The notes: generated by a model from the sequence alone, not told the origin. 64,000 nucleotides of DNA from Eledone cirrhosa (GCA_964016885.1 CAXHJY010000665.1:14605-78604); one strand, 5' to 3'; positions 14,796-29,260 are shown, counted from the first letter of the stretch. Numbers and translations are program-made.

Positions 14796-14798
<3 letters not shown>
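14385..14798 (-). mobile_element. fold-back PLE-end element with HHR in both arms
   Basis: Arms 14471-14615 / 14654-14798 (145 bp, apparently perfect, 38-nt loop), tail 14385-14470, (TA)n on both sides. Confidence 0.8.
14691..14754 (+). ncRNA. minimal type I HHR (mirror 14515-14578 on -)
   Basis: ATTTTGT-CTGAAGA-[stem II]-GAAA-TATATA-TA-ATGAAAT. Confidence 0.7.
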
Positions 14799-14863
<65 letters not shown>

Positions 14864-14872
<9 letters not shown>

Positions 14873-15397
14873 TAAACAAATAATGAATAAACAATTCCTT
14901 ATATTAAACAAAAAAAGTTCATTATTTAACGATCGTTTCTAGGGTATATATGTGTTATAATTGGTATGCATATTCAACAGATCTATGTACAAAATTATAC
15001 AAAATTATACAAATTATCAAGATTAAATATACATACCTAACACACATATACGCCGTCTTCATTATTTCTGAAGACGGCGTATATGTGTGTTAGGTATGTA
15101 TATTTAATCTTGATAATTTGTATAATTTTGTATAATTTTGTACATAGATCTGTTGAATATGCATACCAATTATAACACATATATACCCTAGAAACGATCG
15201 TTAAATAATGAACTTTTTTTGTTTAATATAAGGAATTGTTTATTCATTATTTGTTTAATATTTTATCTTGACTCTGTATACCGCTTATCTTTCACCGAAA
15301 GTGGTCTTTCATTACATCTCTTCTTTCCATGATATCCGGAATACATTGAGTTCTTCATACGGATTGGACACTACCGTATACTCTTGGTAGATTTATC

Positions 15398-15400
<3 letters not shown>
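14864..15400 (+). mobile_element. fold-back PLE-end element turning at the HHR core
   Basis: Arms 14864-15061 / 15069-15266 (198 bp, apparently perfect, 7-nt loop), tail 15267-15400, (TA)n on both sides. Confidence 0.8.
15061..15209 (+). ncRNA. type I HHR with ~115-nt stem/loop II
   Basis: ATTATTT-CTGAAGA-CGGCGTATATGTGTGTTA...TAACACATATATACCCTA-GAAA-CGATCG-TT-AAATAAT. Stem I is a perfect 7 bp and stem III is the palindrome AACGATCGTT. Confidence 0.7.
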
Positions 15401-15468
<68 letters not shown>

Positions 15469-16624
15469 GCACATACATATATTACCACAAACCCCACGAT
15501 ACTTCATGACTACCACTCCGACGACACCATCACCTGCTCACATCAACAGCCTTACCATCATCTACCCCGTGAAACCACAAACACCCCACACAATACCATC
15601 ACCACCATTAAACCCTCCCACTCCAAGACACTCACACTACTACCCCCTTCTACGACACCACCACCTCATCACAGCAACAGTCTTACAATCATCTCCTCCG
15701 TGAAACCACCAACACTACAACACCACCCCACCACTACCACCACCACCACGACATCTTCTTCCCACATAACACCACCACTCCCCCCCCCTCACCCAAGACA
15801 CCCCCACAACTCCACCTTCAACGACCCACCCCCTTTCCCAACGACACCACCATCTCAGTTTCGTACTGACTGGCAGAAAGAAAAGACCAACGTACGGAAC
15901 ACTTAAAAGTGATTCCTAAGATTTGTTGATTAGAAGGAAGACTCTAGTTGACATCACATACTTACCCCCTCTCTTCTGATGAACTCCCAACCCCGCCACC
16001 ACTACCTCATATTCCTTCTATAATACCATCTTCACCTTCTCTCCCCCACACCCTCTTCTGTTAAACCCCCATCCTCCCTTCCCATCTTCCCTTCAACCTC
16101 ATCTATTCTCTACCTTCTTGTATCCCTTGACTTTTTCGTTCAAGATAAAAATCAGTTATATTTCCCCAAAGTTCTATATTTTTGATGTTGTTCGTACTGT
16201 AGCTGTCGTGGTTGTTGCTGATGATGCTGATAGGTATGGAGTTGTTGTTGTTGTTGTTGTTGGTACTGTCGTTGTGGTTGTTGGTGATGGTGCTGATAGA
16301 GTTGTGGTAATGGGCATGTAGTTGTTGTTGTTGGTACTGTTGGGATCAATGGTACTTGTGATGTTGTGTTTGAAATTGTTGTTTACTATTCATATCATCT
16401 TTATATCATATATATGTGTGTGTGTGTATATATGTGTGTGTGTGCGTGTGTGTGTGTGTGTGTATGTGTGTGTGTGTGTGTATTAAGTTGTGTATATATG
16501 TGTGCATATGTATATATGTATATAAGTATCATATATACCTTACATATATATATATATATATGTGTGTCTGTATATATATGTATATATACATATACATATA
16601 TACATATATACATATATACATATA

Positions 16625-16657
<33 letters not shown>

Positions 16658-16748
16658 ACATATATATATATATATACTTATATATATATATGTGTGTGTG
16701 TGTGTATATGTATATATACATATACATATATACATATATACACATATA

Positions 16749-16816
<68 letters not shown>

Positions 16817-16819
16817 TTC

Positions 16820-16850
<31 letters not shown>

Positions 16851-16888
16851 CATACATATATATATACATACACACACACACACATACA

Positions 16889-16959
<71 letters not shown>

Positions 16960-17324
16960 ATATATATTTGTATATATATATATGTATATATATATACAGA
17001 CCAGTTTTTTTTACGTATACTAAATATACAGTTGAGTTACTCAATTATACACACAACCCCATGTTGTTTCCAGAAGCCAAGATGGAGTAAGAAGCATTAA
17101 TAGTGACCACGTGACGGTGGTCTCTTAATGGAACGTCACAATATCCTTCACTGTAATGTAAACTGCGGAAGATGAAGTTTACATCACTAAATACATACGA
17201 CTGTCCAATCAGTATATGAGGATACATGTAATTTTTTACTGCCTTTTACGATGTCTTTATATATCTTGTCTGTGTATGTTTCTATTTATCTGTCTACCTA
17301 TTTATTTATCTATCTATCTATCTT

Positions 17325-17374
<50 letters not shown>

Positions 17375-17376
<2 letters not shown>

Positions 17377-17460
17377 ACATTTTACACGTTTTTATTGTAT
17401 GTAAACTTCCCCCTTTGTATTTGTCCCCTTCTTTTGTGCCCCTGTGGCTAATAAAGAAAC
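17375..17460 (+). mobile_element. LINE-like 3' end within (TATC)n
   Basis: Near-identical to 56042-56127. Ends CCCTGTGGCTAATAAAGAAAC, resembling the ends at 36147 and 36485. Confidence 0.65.
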
Positions 17461-17461
17461 A

Positions 17462-17564
<103 letters not shown>

Positions 17565-17601
17565 TTATATGTCTGCTTGTCTGTCTATCATGTACACACA
17601 A

Positions 17602-17705
<104 letters not shown>

Positions 17706-17779
17706 ATATTTATATACATACATGCAAACATAAATACATATACACAAACACACATACATAAACCCTCTATCTCTAAATT

Positions 17780-17902
<123 letters not shown>

Positions 17903-17947
17903 ATTTATATATATATATTTGAGTGGGAGTATATTTGTGTGTATATG

Positions 17948-18043
<96 letters not shown>

Positions 18044-18078
18044 ATATATATGAGTGTGAGTATATTTGTGTGTATATG

Positions 18079-18109
<31 letters not shown>

Positions 18110-18124
18110 GAGTGTGAGTATATT

Positions 18125-18183
<59 letters not shown>

Positions 18184-18414
18184 CCCTACATATCTCCATA
18201 GTCTTCTAATATCGTATCACATTAAGCTATAGTTTATAGTTTATAGTAGTTTATAATAGTTTAGTAGTTTACATAAACGCTGGACATATGAATTATATTC
18301 TACATTAACATTATGTATTTGTATATGTGGGTGGACGGGAAGTACGAGGAAACTACTCCCTGCAGTGTTAATGACTCCCACTAACAGGCTATAATGACTT
18401 AAGGTACTCTTTCA

Positions 18415-18600
18415 ATCTTTCATTCTTTCACTGCTTTCAATCATTTCACTGTGACTATGATGGGCCACCGCCTTTAAGGGGTTTTACGCGACCATAGCCC
18501 CCACCTTCACCATCCAGTACATGGTTATTCAAACTTGGTAGTTTTTTCTAAGATATTATTTTGTCGAACCTCCATATTACAGATTTGAAAACACATACAC
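18415..18600 (-). mobile_element. old degenerate SINE (second family)
   Basis: TTTCAATCATTTCACTGTGACTATGATGGGCCACCGCCTTTAAGGG resembles a common octopod SINE 3' end (recalled similarity, not searched). Confidence 0.5.
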
Positions 18601-18676
18601 CATATAAACAATATACATACTTACATACATAGACATATATACACGTATATACAAACATAGATTCGCTCACATGTGC

Positions 18677-18725
<49 letters not shown>

Positions 18726-19348
18726 TACACCATATAAACAATATACATACTTACTTACATAGACATATATACACGTATATACAAACATAGATTCGCTCAC
18801 ATGTGCATACATATAGACATACACATACACATACACATACACCATATAAACAATATATATACTTACTTACATAGACATATATACACGTATATACAAACAT
18901 AGATTCGCTCACATGTGCATACATATAGACATACACATACACATACACATACACCATATAAACAATATATATACTTACATACATAGACATATATACACGT
19001 ATATACAAACATAGATTCGCTCACATGTGCATACATATAGACATACACATACACATACACATACACCATATAAACAATATATATACTTACATACATAGAC
19101 ATATATACACGCATATACAAACATAGATTCGTTCACATGTGCATACACATACACATACACATACACCATATAAACAACATAAATACTTACATACATAGAC
19201 ATATATACACGCATATACAAACATAGATTCGCTCACATGTGCATACACATACACATACACATACACATACACCATATAAACAATATACATACTTACATAC
19301 ATAGACATATATACACGCATATACAAACATAGATTCGTTCACATGTGC

Positions 19349-19385
<37 letters not shown>

Positions 19386-19466
19386 TACACCATATAAACA
19401 ACATAAATACTTACATACATAGACATATATACACGCATATACAAACATAGATTCGCTCACATGTGC

Positions 19467-19509
<43 letters not shown>

Positions 19510-20075
19510 TACACCATATAAACTATATATATACTTACATACATAGACATATATACACGTATATACAAACATAGATTCGCTCACATGTGCATACACATAC
19601 GCATACACATACACATACACATACACCATATAAACAATATATATACTCACATACATAGACATATATACACGTATATACAAACATAGATTCGCTCACATGT
19701 GCATACACATACACATACACATACACATACACCATATAAACAATATACATACTTACATACATAGACATATATACACGCATATACAAACATAGATTCGCTC
19801 ACATGTGCATACACATACACATACACCATATAAACAATATACATACTTACATACATAGACATATATACACGTATATACAAACATAGATTCGCTCACATGT
19901 GCATACACATACACATACACATACATCATATAAACAATATACATACTTACATACATAGACATATATACACGCACATACAAACACAGATCCGCTCACATGT
20001 GCATACACAGATTCACACAAACCCCCACACACACACACACACACACACAAACCCAGATTCGCTCACATGTGGATA
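18590..20075. repeat. minisatellite, ~14 units of 94-130 bp with internal (CATACA)n
   Basis: The anchor GATTCGCTCACATGTGC recurs at spacings 130,112,112,112,100,106,118,124,112,106,94,100. Confidence 0.95.
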
Positions 20076-20233
20076 CACAGACTCACACAAACCCATATAC
20101 ACACACACATACGCAATAACAAATATGTACATACATAGACATACACACACTAACAAACACACCTACACACAAACACATAGAGATACACACATACACTCAC
20201 TAACAAATATACAAGTAGCCAGTAGAAAAACCT

Positions 20234-21480
20234 AGAGACGTTGTAATTGAACGTTTAAAAACAGCATTAGAAAATAAAACACATTTAAGTTTACTGTTAC
20301 AACATATGGACAAACACGAGAAATGACCATGGACAGAAAATTAACGTTTTTGTATAGTAACCTTGTGATGGAATTCATTGAAGAAGAATCACATCATAAA
20401 GTAGACATGACATTTAACGAAAATTTTAAAAACATCCATTATTAGGGAGTGGAAATTCTTTCTAGGTTACTGCATTGGTTTTTGAAACAAATCAAAAGGC
20501 GAACTGCAAATATTTCACAATATTTCAAACGATCATTCGTTAGTTTCACAACAGAAACCAAGGAAAATGAACTACTTTCTTTCGGCATAACGTATTACAA
20601 GAGGTTCTTTATAAAAAGACATTCATACACCAATATTTGAACTTTCATTCATGCCACCATTTATACACCAGATGGAATATTCCATGTTGCATGACAAAAT
20701 GAAGATGTAGAATAATTGTTTCTACTATTGGCTCAAGGCCAGCAATTACCCAGTGCATTACTGGTACTTTATTTTATCGACCCCGTAAGGATGAAAGGCA
20801 AAGTTAACCTTGGCGGGATTTGAACTCAGAGTGGCAAGGGCCGTAACTCCATGCGTCAAAGCATGGCGTCCGACCCTCTACTGATACTGCCAATGTAGAA
20901 TAATGGTGGATCCTGTACACTTTGTCTTGAGGAACTTGAGGTGTTCTTAAAGAACAAAAATATCTGTTAAATTTAATAGATGGCAGTATCAAAATTTAAT
21001 AGATGGCTGGCAAAAACTGGTTATATATAAGCTCAGGACTCAGAGACAAATCCTTTAGGAGGATATTCCATTTGTCAGCCCCTATTTACCAAAGATATTG
21101 GTCACCATAAAGCCAAACTTGTCAACCTTTTTCCAAAGCACAAAAATGAAAGATCGAGTAAAATTAATCTCAAAGACCATTAGCAAGACCTAAAAGAAGA
21201 ACCTTTAAAATTTACAACAGAAAATGATTTCGAATTTTCTGTTAAAGATTTTTCAGGTAGCAAATATGATATATGGAGTAATGACGGTTACTACGATTTT
21301 CAAGCTTGTTATGAGATAAATATAGACAGTTCTTTAAAATAAATACATATATAAAGTGTAAAACAAAATAAATCTAATATATTGTATGGTCAATCACGGT
21401 TGCAAAGAGGATTATATTGGTCATATAGGTAACTCTTTCTTTGAACGAGTCAGAGTACACACACTACAGATACAAAAAAC
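20234..21480 (+). pseudogene. decayed Penelope-like RT + GIY-YIG endonuclease
   Basis: Frame-shifted translation gives TFKFTVTTYGQTREMTMDRKLTFLYSNLVMEFIEEE (RT motif YxQxxGxAMG..YANLxM), WKFFLGYC (degenerate xxDD), SFTTET, HQYLNFHSCH..NIP, IPFVSPY and NLIYCMVNHGCKEDYIGHIGNSFFERVRVH (GIY-YIG), in the collinear PLE order. Confidence 0.85.
20711..20894 (-). mobile_element. SINE family A inserted into the PLE RT, 12-bp TSD
   Basis: ATGTAGAATAAT is present at 20705-20716 and 20893-20904. Confidence 0.9.
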
Positions 21481-21507
21481 TAGGAACTAAACACTACACA
21501 CACACAT

Positions 21508-21560
<53 letters not shown>

Positions 21561-22067
21561 CGCGCGCGCACACAAGCACACACGCACACACACACACGCA
21601 TGCACGCCCAGACACACACACACACTCACACACACGCAGTCACACACGAATACAAGTTCCGACGTATGTCTACAAATCAATACATATGTGCATGTATGGA
21701 TGTATCTATGATTCTCTATCTCTCCCTCATACCCTCTCTCACTCCGGCGAGAGAGAGATGCATACACGCGTGCGTATATATATATATAAACTTTTTTTTT
21801 TGTCGTTTTGGAAGCCTCAACAATGCAGATGGGTAAATCTCCGGGTAACAGAATCCGATGGTGAAGAGAGAGATGTAAGGGAATGTAGAATGAAATGTAT
21901 AGTGTGTAGAGGAACGTAGAAAAGAGTGTAAAAAATAAAAATTATAGCACGAAATAGTGTTACTTTGGGAGAGATTTAATTTTCCCTATATTTCGGATTC
22001 GTATCCATCAACTGGGGGGTTTTCCGGGGGTAAAGTTATCTGTCGGAGAGGAACGGTGTATATATAT

Positions 22068-22184
<117 letters not shown>

Positions 22185-22197
22185 TATATATGTATAT

Positions 22198-22234
<37 letters not shown>

Positions 22235-22258
22235 ATATATGGATATATATGTATATTA

Positions 22259-22302
<44 letters not shown>

Positions 22303-22343
22303 TCTATATTTATATATATATATATGGATATATATGTATATTA

Positions 22344-22515
<172 letters not shown>

Positions 22516-22550
22516 GGATATATATGTATATTATATATATATATATATAT

Positions 22551-22615
<65 letters not shown>

Positions 22616-22818
22616 TATGTGTTTGTGTGCATGCACTGAGTGTATTAAGATATCAACATATTCAATGTCTCATTTGAATAAAGAAATAGGTTTTATGTAA
22701 ATGAAGAAGTTGGCTGTAACGAGGATGGAATGGAGTTTAAACATATTCACATATCTGACACACGGCTATGTCTCAGTTAGGTGGCACCACACCTGTTATG
22801 GCGTCTCTCTCTCTCTCT

Positions 22819-22861
<43 letters not shown>

Positions 22862-22870
22862 TATACACAC

Positions 22871-22905
<35 letters not shown>

Positions 22906-23004
22906 ATGAAAAAAATTTTTTTTTTTGAACAGGGACAAAACAGAGAGGCAGTACAATAAATGTTTATTAATTTCACGCTCAGGAGAGTCGGGGGTAGGTG
23001 GGGG

Positions 23005-23036
23005 ACGACGTTTCGGGCATAAGCCCTTCCTCAGGT
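23005..23036 (-). ncRNA. minimal HHR in PLE-like 3' remnant (~22905-23290)
   Basis: Minus strand: AC-CTGAGGA-A-GGGC TTAT GCCC-GAAA-CG-TC-GT. Stem I is only 2 bp. Confidence 0.6.
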
Positions 23037-23339
23037 GAGAAGTGTGTGGGAACAGAGTTCAAAAGGTGTGTAGGAGAGTGGTGGAGAGACATATAGCGAA
23101 AAAAGATAGGCAAAGAATCTTATACGGAAAAAAATGTATGGTAACAAAATCAAACAGAGGTAATGCGTGGAAGGAAAGACCAAGTGTGGGAAGGTGTGTA
23201 AAGTTCGGAGAAAGGTCACGGCGGATTAGATCGGGGTTGAGCCGGTTGTTAAGTTAAGTTCCAAGGATGGAAGCCGTGTGAGCGTGTATTATATATAATG
23301 AAAAAAAATATATAGATACATATAGATATGTATATATAT

Positions 23340-23370
<31 letters not shown>

Positions 23371-23633
23371 AGCAATGAGTTATTTAATTTGTTGGTTATT
23401 TAACAAATTTAGTTTATAACAGTTTCGAAGCACTCTACAAGTTTCTTCTGGAGTATAATAACGTTCTCATTGTTCTGTTTGATATAAACAGAACTTAAAA
23501 CGATAAGTTCTTGTTTTGAATATGTCACTATCTGTAAAACAATGAGCGCGTACCAAAAACGTTGGAACTCTTGAAATATATATAATAAAATAAATATGGT
23601 TTCATAAAGATAGATTCCATTTATTAATATTAT

Positions 23634-23637
<4 letters not shown>
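23371..23637. mobile_element. degenerate inverted PLE-end pair (family of 14385/29320/44696)
   Basis: A minus-strand tail at 23371-23460 plus a plus-strand GTACCAA..TTGG..TTGAAATATATATAATAAAATAAATATGG segment, between TA tracts. Confidence 0.55.
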
Positions 23638-23696
<59 letters not shown>

Positions 23697-23907
23697 GGAG
23701 GTGAGTTTTATTGTAGTACAATGAAGCAAAAATATGTTGATTTAAAACTGCACTATTCACAAGTGTGTTTTAACCTTCATATCATGTCTCCCTATTTTAT
23801 CTGACGAAAACGCAAATGTTATTGCATGATGATATTTGTTTTTGAAATGCGCATAATAAAATACATGGAACTCTTTTAACCATCTTTTGATCTTATATAT
23901 TATATTT

Positions 23908-23943
<36 letters not shown>

Positions 23944-24059
23944 ACTAGAAATAGATTGACATATATGTAATGCTCGGATCTATTCATTGGAATCTTTGAG
24001 CTTATTCTACAGTGGATATGGCGCATGTCTCTCAGACATGACAACCCTTAATTTAATTT

Positions 24060-24149
<90 letters not shown>

Positions 24150-24151
<2 letters not shown>

Positions 24152-24352
24152 CGTAGGTCCCGGGTTGAGTCGGGGATAACCACAGTAAGTAAGGTACTCA
24201 ATATATGGCAGAGTAAACATTTTTTTATTTTATAGAAGGAGCTTCTACAGGACTAGTACTGTTTCATTCAGATGAAATCTTCAGGAAGCTCTGAAGATTT
24301 CATCTGAATGAAACAGTACTAGTCCTGTAGAAGCTCCTTCTATAAAATAAAA
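24150..24352 (-). mobile_element. fold-back PLE-end element turning at an HHR-like core
   Basis: Arms 24223-24284 / 24291-24352 with a 6-nt loop directly before CTGAAGA-TTTCATCTGAA-TGAAACAGTACTAGTC. Tail 24150-24222. Same family as 45667-45884. Confidence 0.7.
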
Positions 24353-24355
24353 TAA

Positions 24356-24396
<41 letters not shown>

Positions 24397-24928
24397 CATA
24401 CATACATATATGACGGGCCTCTGAAGTCTCCACCCATCAACCAAATTCCTCTCAAAAAAGAATACTCAGTGTTATATGTAAATAAGTAATAGCTTAGGCT
24501 TTGTTCAATGTGTAGCTTGGCAGGACTGAATGCCAAACTACGAGGTTGCATGGCGAAGTCATTAACCAGACAGCCATTTTGCGCCTGTTTGCCTGAAATT
24601 AATCCATTGATTGAGACATATTTCTAATTCATTTCTCAGTACTATTCTTACAATCTGAGCTGTTGGTGAGGTGGAATTAGGACCTAATTGGGAAAATATA
24701 TAAAATATATAAAAAGAAGGGAAAATAATGAACTTTATATTTTAAATTGTTTTCACTACATACTGTTTGAAGTGTCGTTCTTTTGAATTCATTTTGTAAT
24801 GATTTGTTGGTGTTATTGTAAGGGTGTCTTTCTTACAGTTATTAATGCGTTGCTCAGGTGGTTGTGGTGGTGCTATGGTCGTTGATTTATAGTTTTGTGT
24901 TGTTTGGGGGCGTTGGTATTGTTATAAT

Positions 24929-24988
<60 letters not shown>

Positions 24989-25065
24989 ATAGTAGTAGTA
25001 GTAGTAGTAGTAGTAGTAGCAGTAGTAGTAGTAGCAGCAGCAGCAGCAGCAGCAGTATTAGCAGC

Positions 25066-25102
<37 letters not shown>

Positions 25103-25133
25103 ATAGTAGTAGTAGTAGTAGTAGTAGTAATAG
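24929..25133. repeat. (GTA)n/(GCA)n microsatellite
   Basis: Direct reading. Confidence 0.95.
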
Positions 25134-25407
25134 TTATTGTTGTTCATGTTTATCTGCTGTTGTCTATTTGCAGTGTTAGTTTTTATGTTGCAGTTGTTGG
25201 TTATTGGTGGTGGTGTTGGGGGTCTGGAGTGTGCCGTGGATAAACCTCGTTGTCGATGAGATGTGGTCACGTGGCTGGTGCAATTGTTGTCATGTGACCG
25301 CATCAGGGAACGTTGGTAAAACACTAGAGAACAAGAGTTCACTTAATAAACCTCTTATTCACACACAATCTCATGTAATTCGCATTCGTGTATACAATTA
25401 TGTACAC

Positions 25408-25472
<65 letters not shown>

Positions 25473-25479
25473 TAGATAG

Positions 25480-25515
<36 letters not shown>

Positions 25516-25808
25516 GTATATATATACACGCATACATACATAAATACATATGAGCCGTCACATAGACAGATAAATATAAATACACACACACACACACACA
25601 TATATATGTATATATTTGTATGTGAATGTTTGTTTGCGTGAATATATGTGTATATGTGAGTATATGTGTGTTTGTACGTGTGCCTGCGTATATGCATATA
25701 ATTAAAATTATTCCACGCCTACTAATAAATATTTTTGGTTGTATTTATAAGCGAACATACACAAATACACATAAACACACACACACATATATATATACAC
25801 ACACACAC

Positions 25809-25902
<94 letters not shown>

Positions 25903-26134
25903 TATTTTTGACCGTTGGTCAGTCAATGGCAACATTGGGGACCGAATAAATTAAATTAACCGATATAAAAGACACAGAAGCGAAAAGCGAAAACTAACCA
26001 AACAGTGAGTGTGTTCTGTTATTAATTCTGGCAATATTACACAAATATGACCCTTCCCAAGTATAACAATATTTGTTTCGACACACGATTTCATATCAAA
26101 AACCTCGCAAAACTATATATATATATATGTATAC

Positions 26135-26167
<33 letters not shown>

Positions 26168-26192
26168 TATAGATATATAGATATATACATAT

Positions 26193-26560
<368 letters not shown>

Positions 26561-26561
26561 A

Positions 26562-27358
26562 AATAATTGTTTCTACGTTTGGCACAAGGCCAGAAAATTA
26601 CCCAGAGCATTACTGGTACTTTATTTTATCGACCCCGTAAGGATGAAAGGCAAAGTTAACCTGGGCGGGATTTATATAAAATAATAATAATACTTTTGGC
26701 ACGAGGCAAGCAATTTGAAGGGAAGATGAAAGTCAATTAAATAAACTCCAGTGTGTTACTGGTTCTTCACCGTAAGGAGGACAAGCAAAGCTAACTTCGG
26801 TGGCATTTGAACTCAGAACGTAGAGGACCGTAACTATATATGGCAAAACATTTTGTACGACGCTCTATTGGTACTACAAATCTACCACCCTATATAAAAC
26901 AATAATAACAAGTATAATTGTTTCTGCTTTTGGCACGAGGCCAGCAATTATTCCAGTGCATTACTGGTATTTATTTTATCGATCCCGTAAGGATGAAAGG
27001 CAAAGCTAACCTCGGCCAGATTTGAACTCAGGACGTAAAGGGCCATAACTCTATGCTGCAATGCATGGTGTCTGACGCTCTACCGATAGTGCAAATCCAA
27101 GGAATAACAACAGCAATAATGACAATAATAATTATAGCACCAACAACAATAACGATAAATTAATTGTATCTATTTTTGGTACAAGGCCAGAAATTATCAC
27201 AGTGTATTACTGGTACGTTATTTTATCGATCCCGTAAGGATGAAAGGCAAAGTTAACCTTGGCGGGATTTGAACTCAGACTGTAAAGGGGCGTAACTCTA
27301 TGCTGCAAAGCATGGCACTCTACCGATACTGACCCTCTACCGATACTGCCAATCCACC
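26562..27358 (-). mobile_element. cluster of four same-orientation SINE A copies
   Basis: Copies at ~26562-26672 (partial), 26690-26890 (divergent), 26914-27099 and 27160-27358. Confidence 0.85.
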
Positions 27359-27502
27359 ATATTGAGGCCATGTATTTAACACCAAGCCGAGAGATTTAAA
27401 TAAAACGGAACTAAAATAACGAAGAAGTATTCAATAAAATAAACTATGGAAGGACATAAAATAACAAAATACGAGAAGATACAATTAAAATAAATAATAA
27501 TA

Positions 27503-28014
27503 TCTCTATATATAAAACTGAGGATGTCTGTCTGTCTGTGTGTGAGTTTGAATCCCTAAAACTAGAGAAGCACCCAACCGACTGTTTTCAAACTTTTCAC
27601 ATGTAATACTTATATATCAGGGAGTGTTCTGAGCAAACAAATTTCAAATATTCAATGCCCTAGGGACCCCATTAGGCGATTTAGCGATCTCTCTCTATAA
27701 TTCTTAGTCTTTCTCTTTTTAGATAGATACATACATATAACGTCGCGCCCTTATAATATCTGTCTGTATGCCTGGCTGTCTGCTGCCTCCGGTTATTCTG
27801 CCACCCTTGCTCAAGACAAATCTCACACTCATTCCCCAAACAGTTGGTAAGTGCACACAACTTCTTCCTCACGTTTTAAGCCAGTGTTACTTACTTACGT
27901 ACCACCAGACCCTTACTTCTTTGCCAGCCGTGGTTGTGGCAATACTAAGCTTAGCTAAGGCGGTTATATATTTCACAATACCTTATCCCGTGCAACGCCG
28001 GGTACCACTGCTAG
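27503..28014 (+). mobile_element. non-autonomous Helitron
   Basis: 5' A|TCTCTATATATAAAA, a subterminal hairpin CCCGTGCAACGCCGGG (27987-28002), and 3' CTAG|T eight nt later. No TSD. Confidence 0.8.
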
Positions 28015-28354
28015 TATAAAATATAATAAATTATGTAAGAATACGAAAGAACGAAAAATGTTCACTTTATAGAGTTTGCAGTGTTGCACAATCTTCAGAC
28101 TGATAAGCTGTTTATAGTGAAACAGATGTCCCAGATTTACTAAACCAGGCACTTCGTCTGATATAGAGAAAGATACACCTAATTAATTTCTTTTTAGCTG
28201 TACTTAATCCAGATCAACTCCATCCATATTCTTTTATTAGAAATGTTATGTTATAACACACACACTCATCTCTCGCCCTCTCTCACTCTCTCTCTCTAAC
28301 TCTCTCTCTCTCTCTCTGTATATATATATATATATATATATATTTGTATGTGTG

Positions 28355-28387
<33 letters not shown>

Positions 28388-28723
28388 ATATATATGTATA
28401 TATACACCACACACACACACGCAAACATCATATGGGTCTGTCCATCCAACGCTACACTTTATATGCTGGGGTGAGGCTAAGCTTTAGGCATGATGATAAG
28501 TAGATTGGTTTGTGAATAGGTGGTAGGGTGGGTATATATGAGTGAAAAGTTTGTGAGTGTGTGTATCTGGCATAGCATGAGCCCTTAAATCATAATGGAA
28601 TCGTACAGTGTCGTTAGATACGTCATGTATAGGGCAGTTAAACCTGGTGGAGCTCAGCCCCTCCTCTTCGAAACTGATCACACCGGATTTCTTCCAGAGA
28701 GAAACAATGAGAGAATGGGGAAG

Positions 28724-28841
<118 letters not shown>

Positions 28842-29028
28842 TTAGAGCAAACATCACGGACGCTCTATCTCAAAATTATTTTTGAAAAGCATTAGAAATG
28901 CGCAACCGGTAAAACTTACAACCAAAACTGAATACTAACTAATACTACTATTATTACTAATTCTCACTTATTCCTAATTAAACTATTTTTCACTGTGAAC
29001 AATTTGTCACCATTTTCTTTTCCGTTCA

Positions 29029-29116
<88 letters not shown>

Positions 29117-29118
<2 letters not shown>

Positions 29119-29254
29119 TACCAGCAATAGCTGGGAGTTTAACACTGCGATGGACTGGCATCCTGTCCAGGGGCGAGTCTTGCACTGTCAGTCGCTTCAC
29201 GCCATGAAACCGGGATAAGCACCGGTAAAATGAGCCTTTTGGCTTAAGACAGAC

Positions 29255-29260
<6 letters not shown>
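29117..29260 (+). mobile_element. SINE fragment with V-domain-like core
   Basis: CTGCGATGGACTGGCATCCTGTCCAGGGG...TCGCTTCACGCCATGAAACCGGG resembles the V-SINE central domain (recalled). Confidence 0.6.

Noticed and set aside
18590-20075. CRISPR-like periodicity
   Set aside because: The variable parts are simple (CATACA)n rather than unique spacers, the context is eukaryotic and there are no cas genes.
28484-28681. Complex-looking ORF (SFEEEGLSSTRFNCPIHDV...)
   Set aside because: There is no convincing splice donor or recognisable homology.
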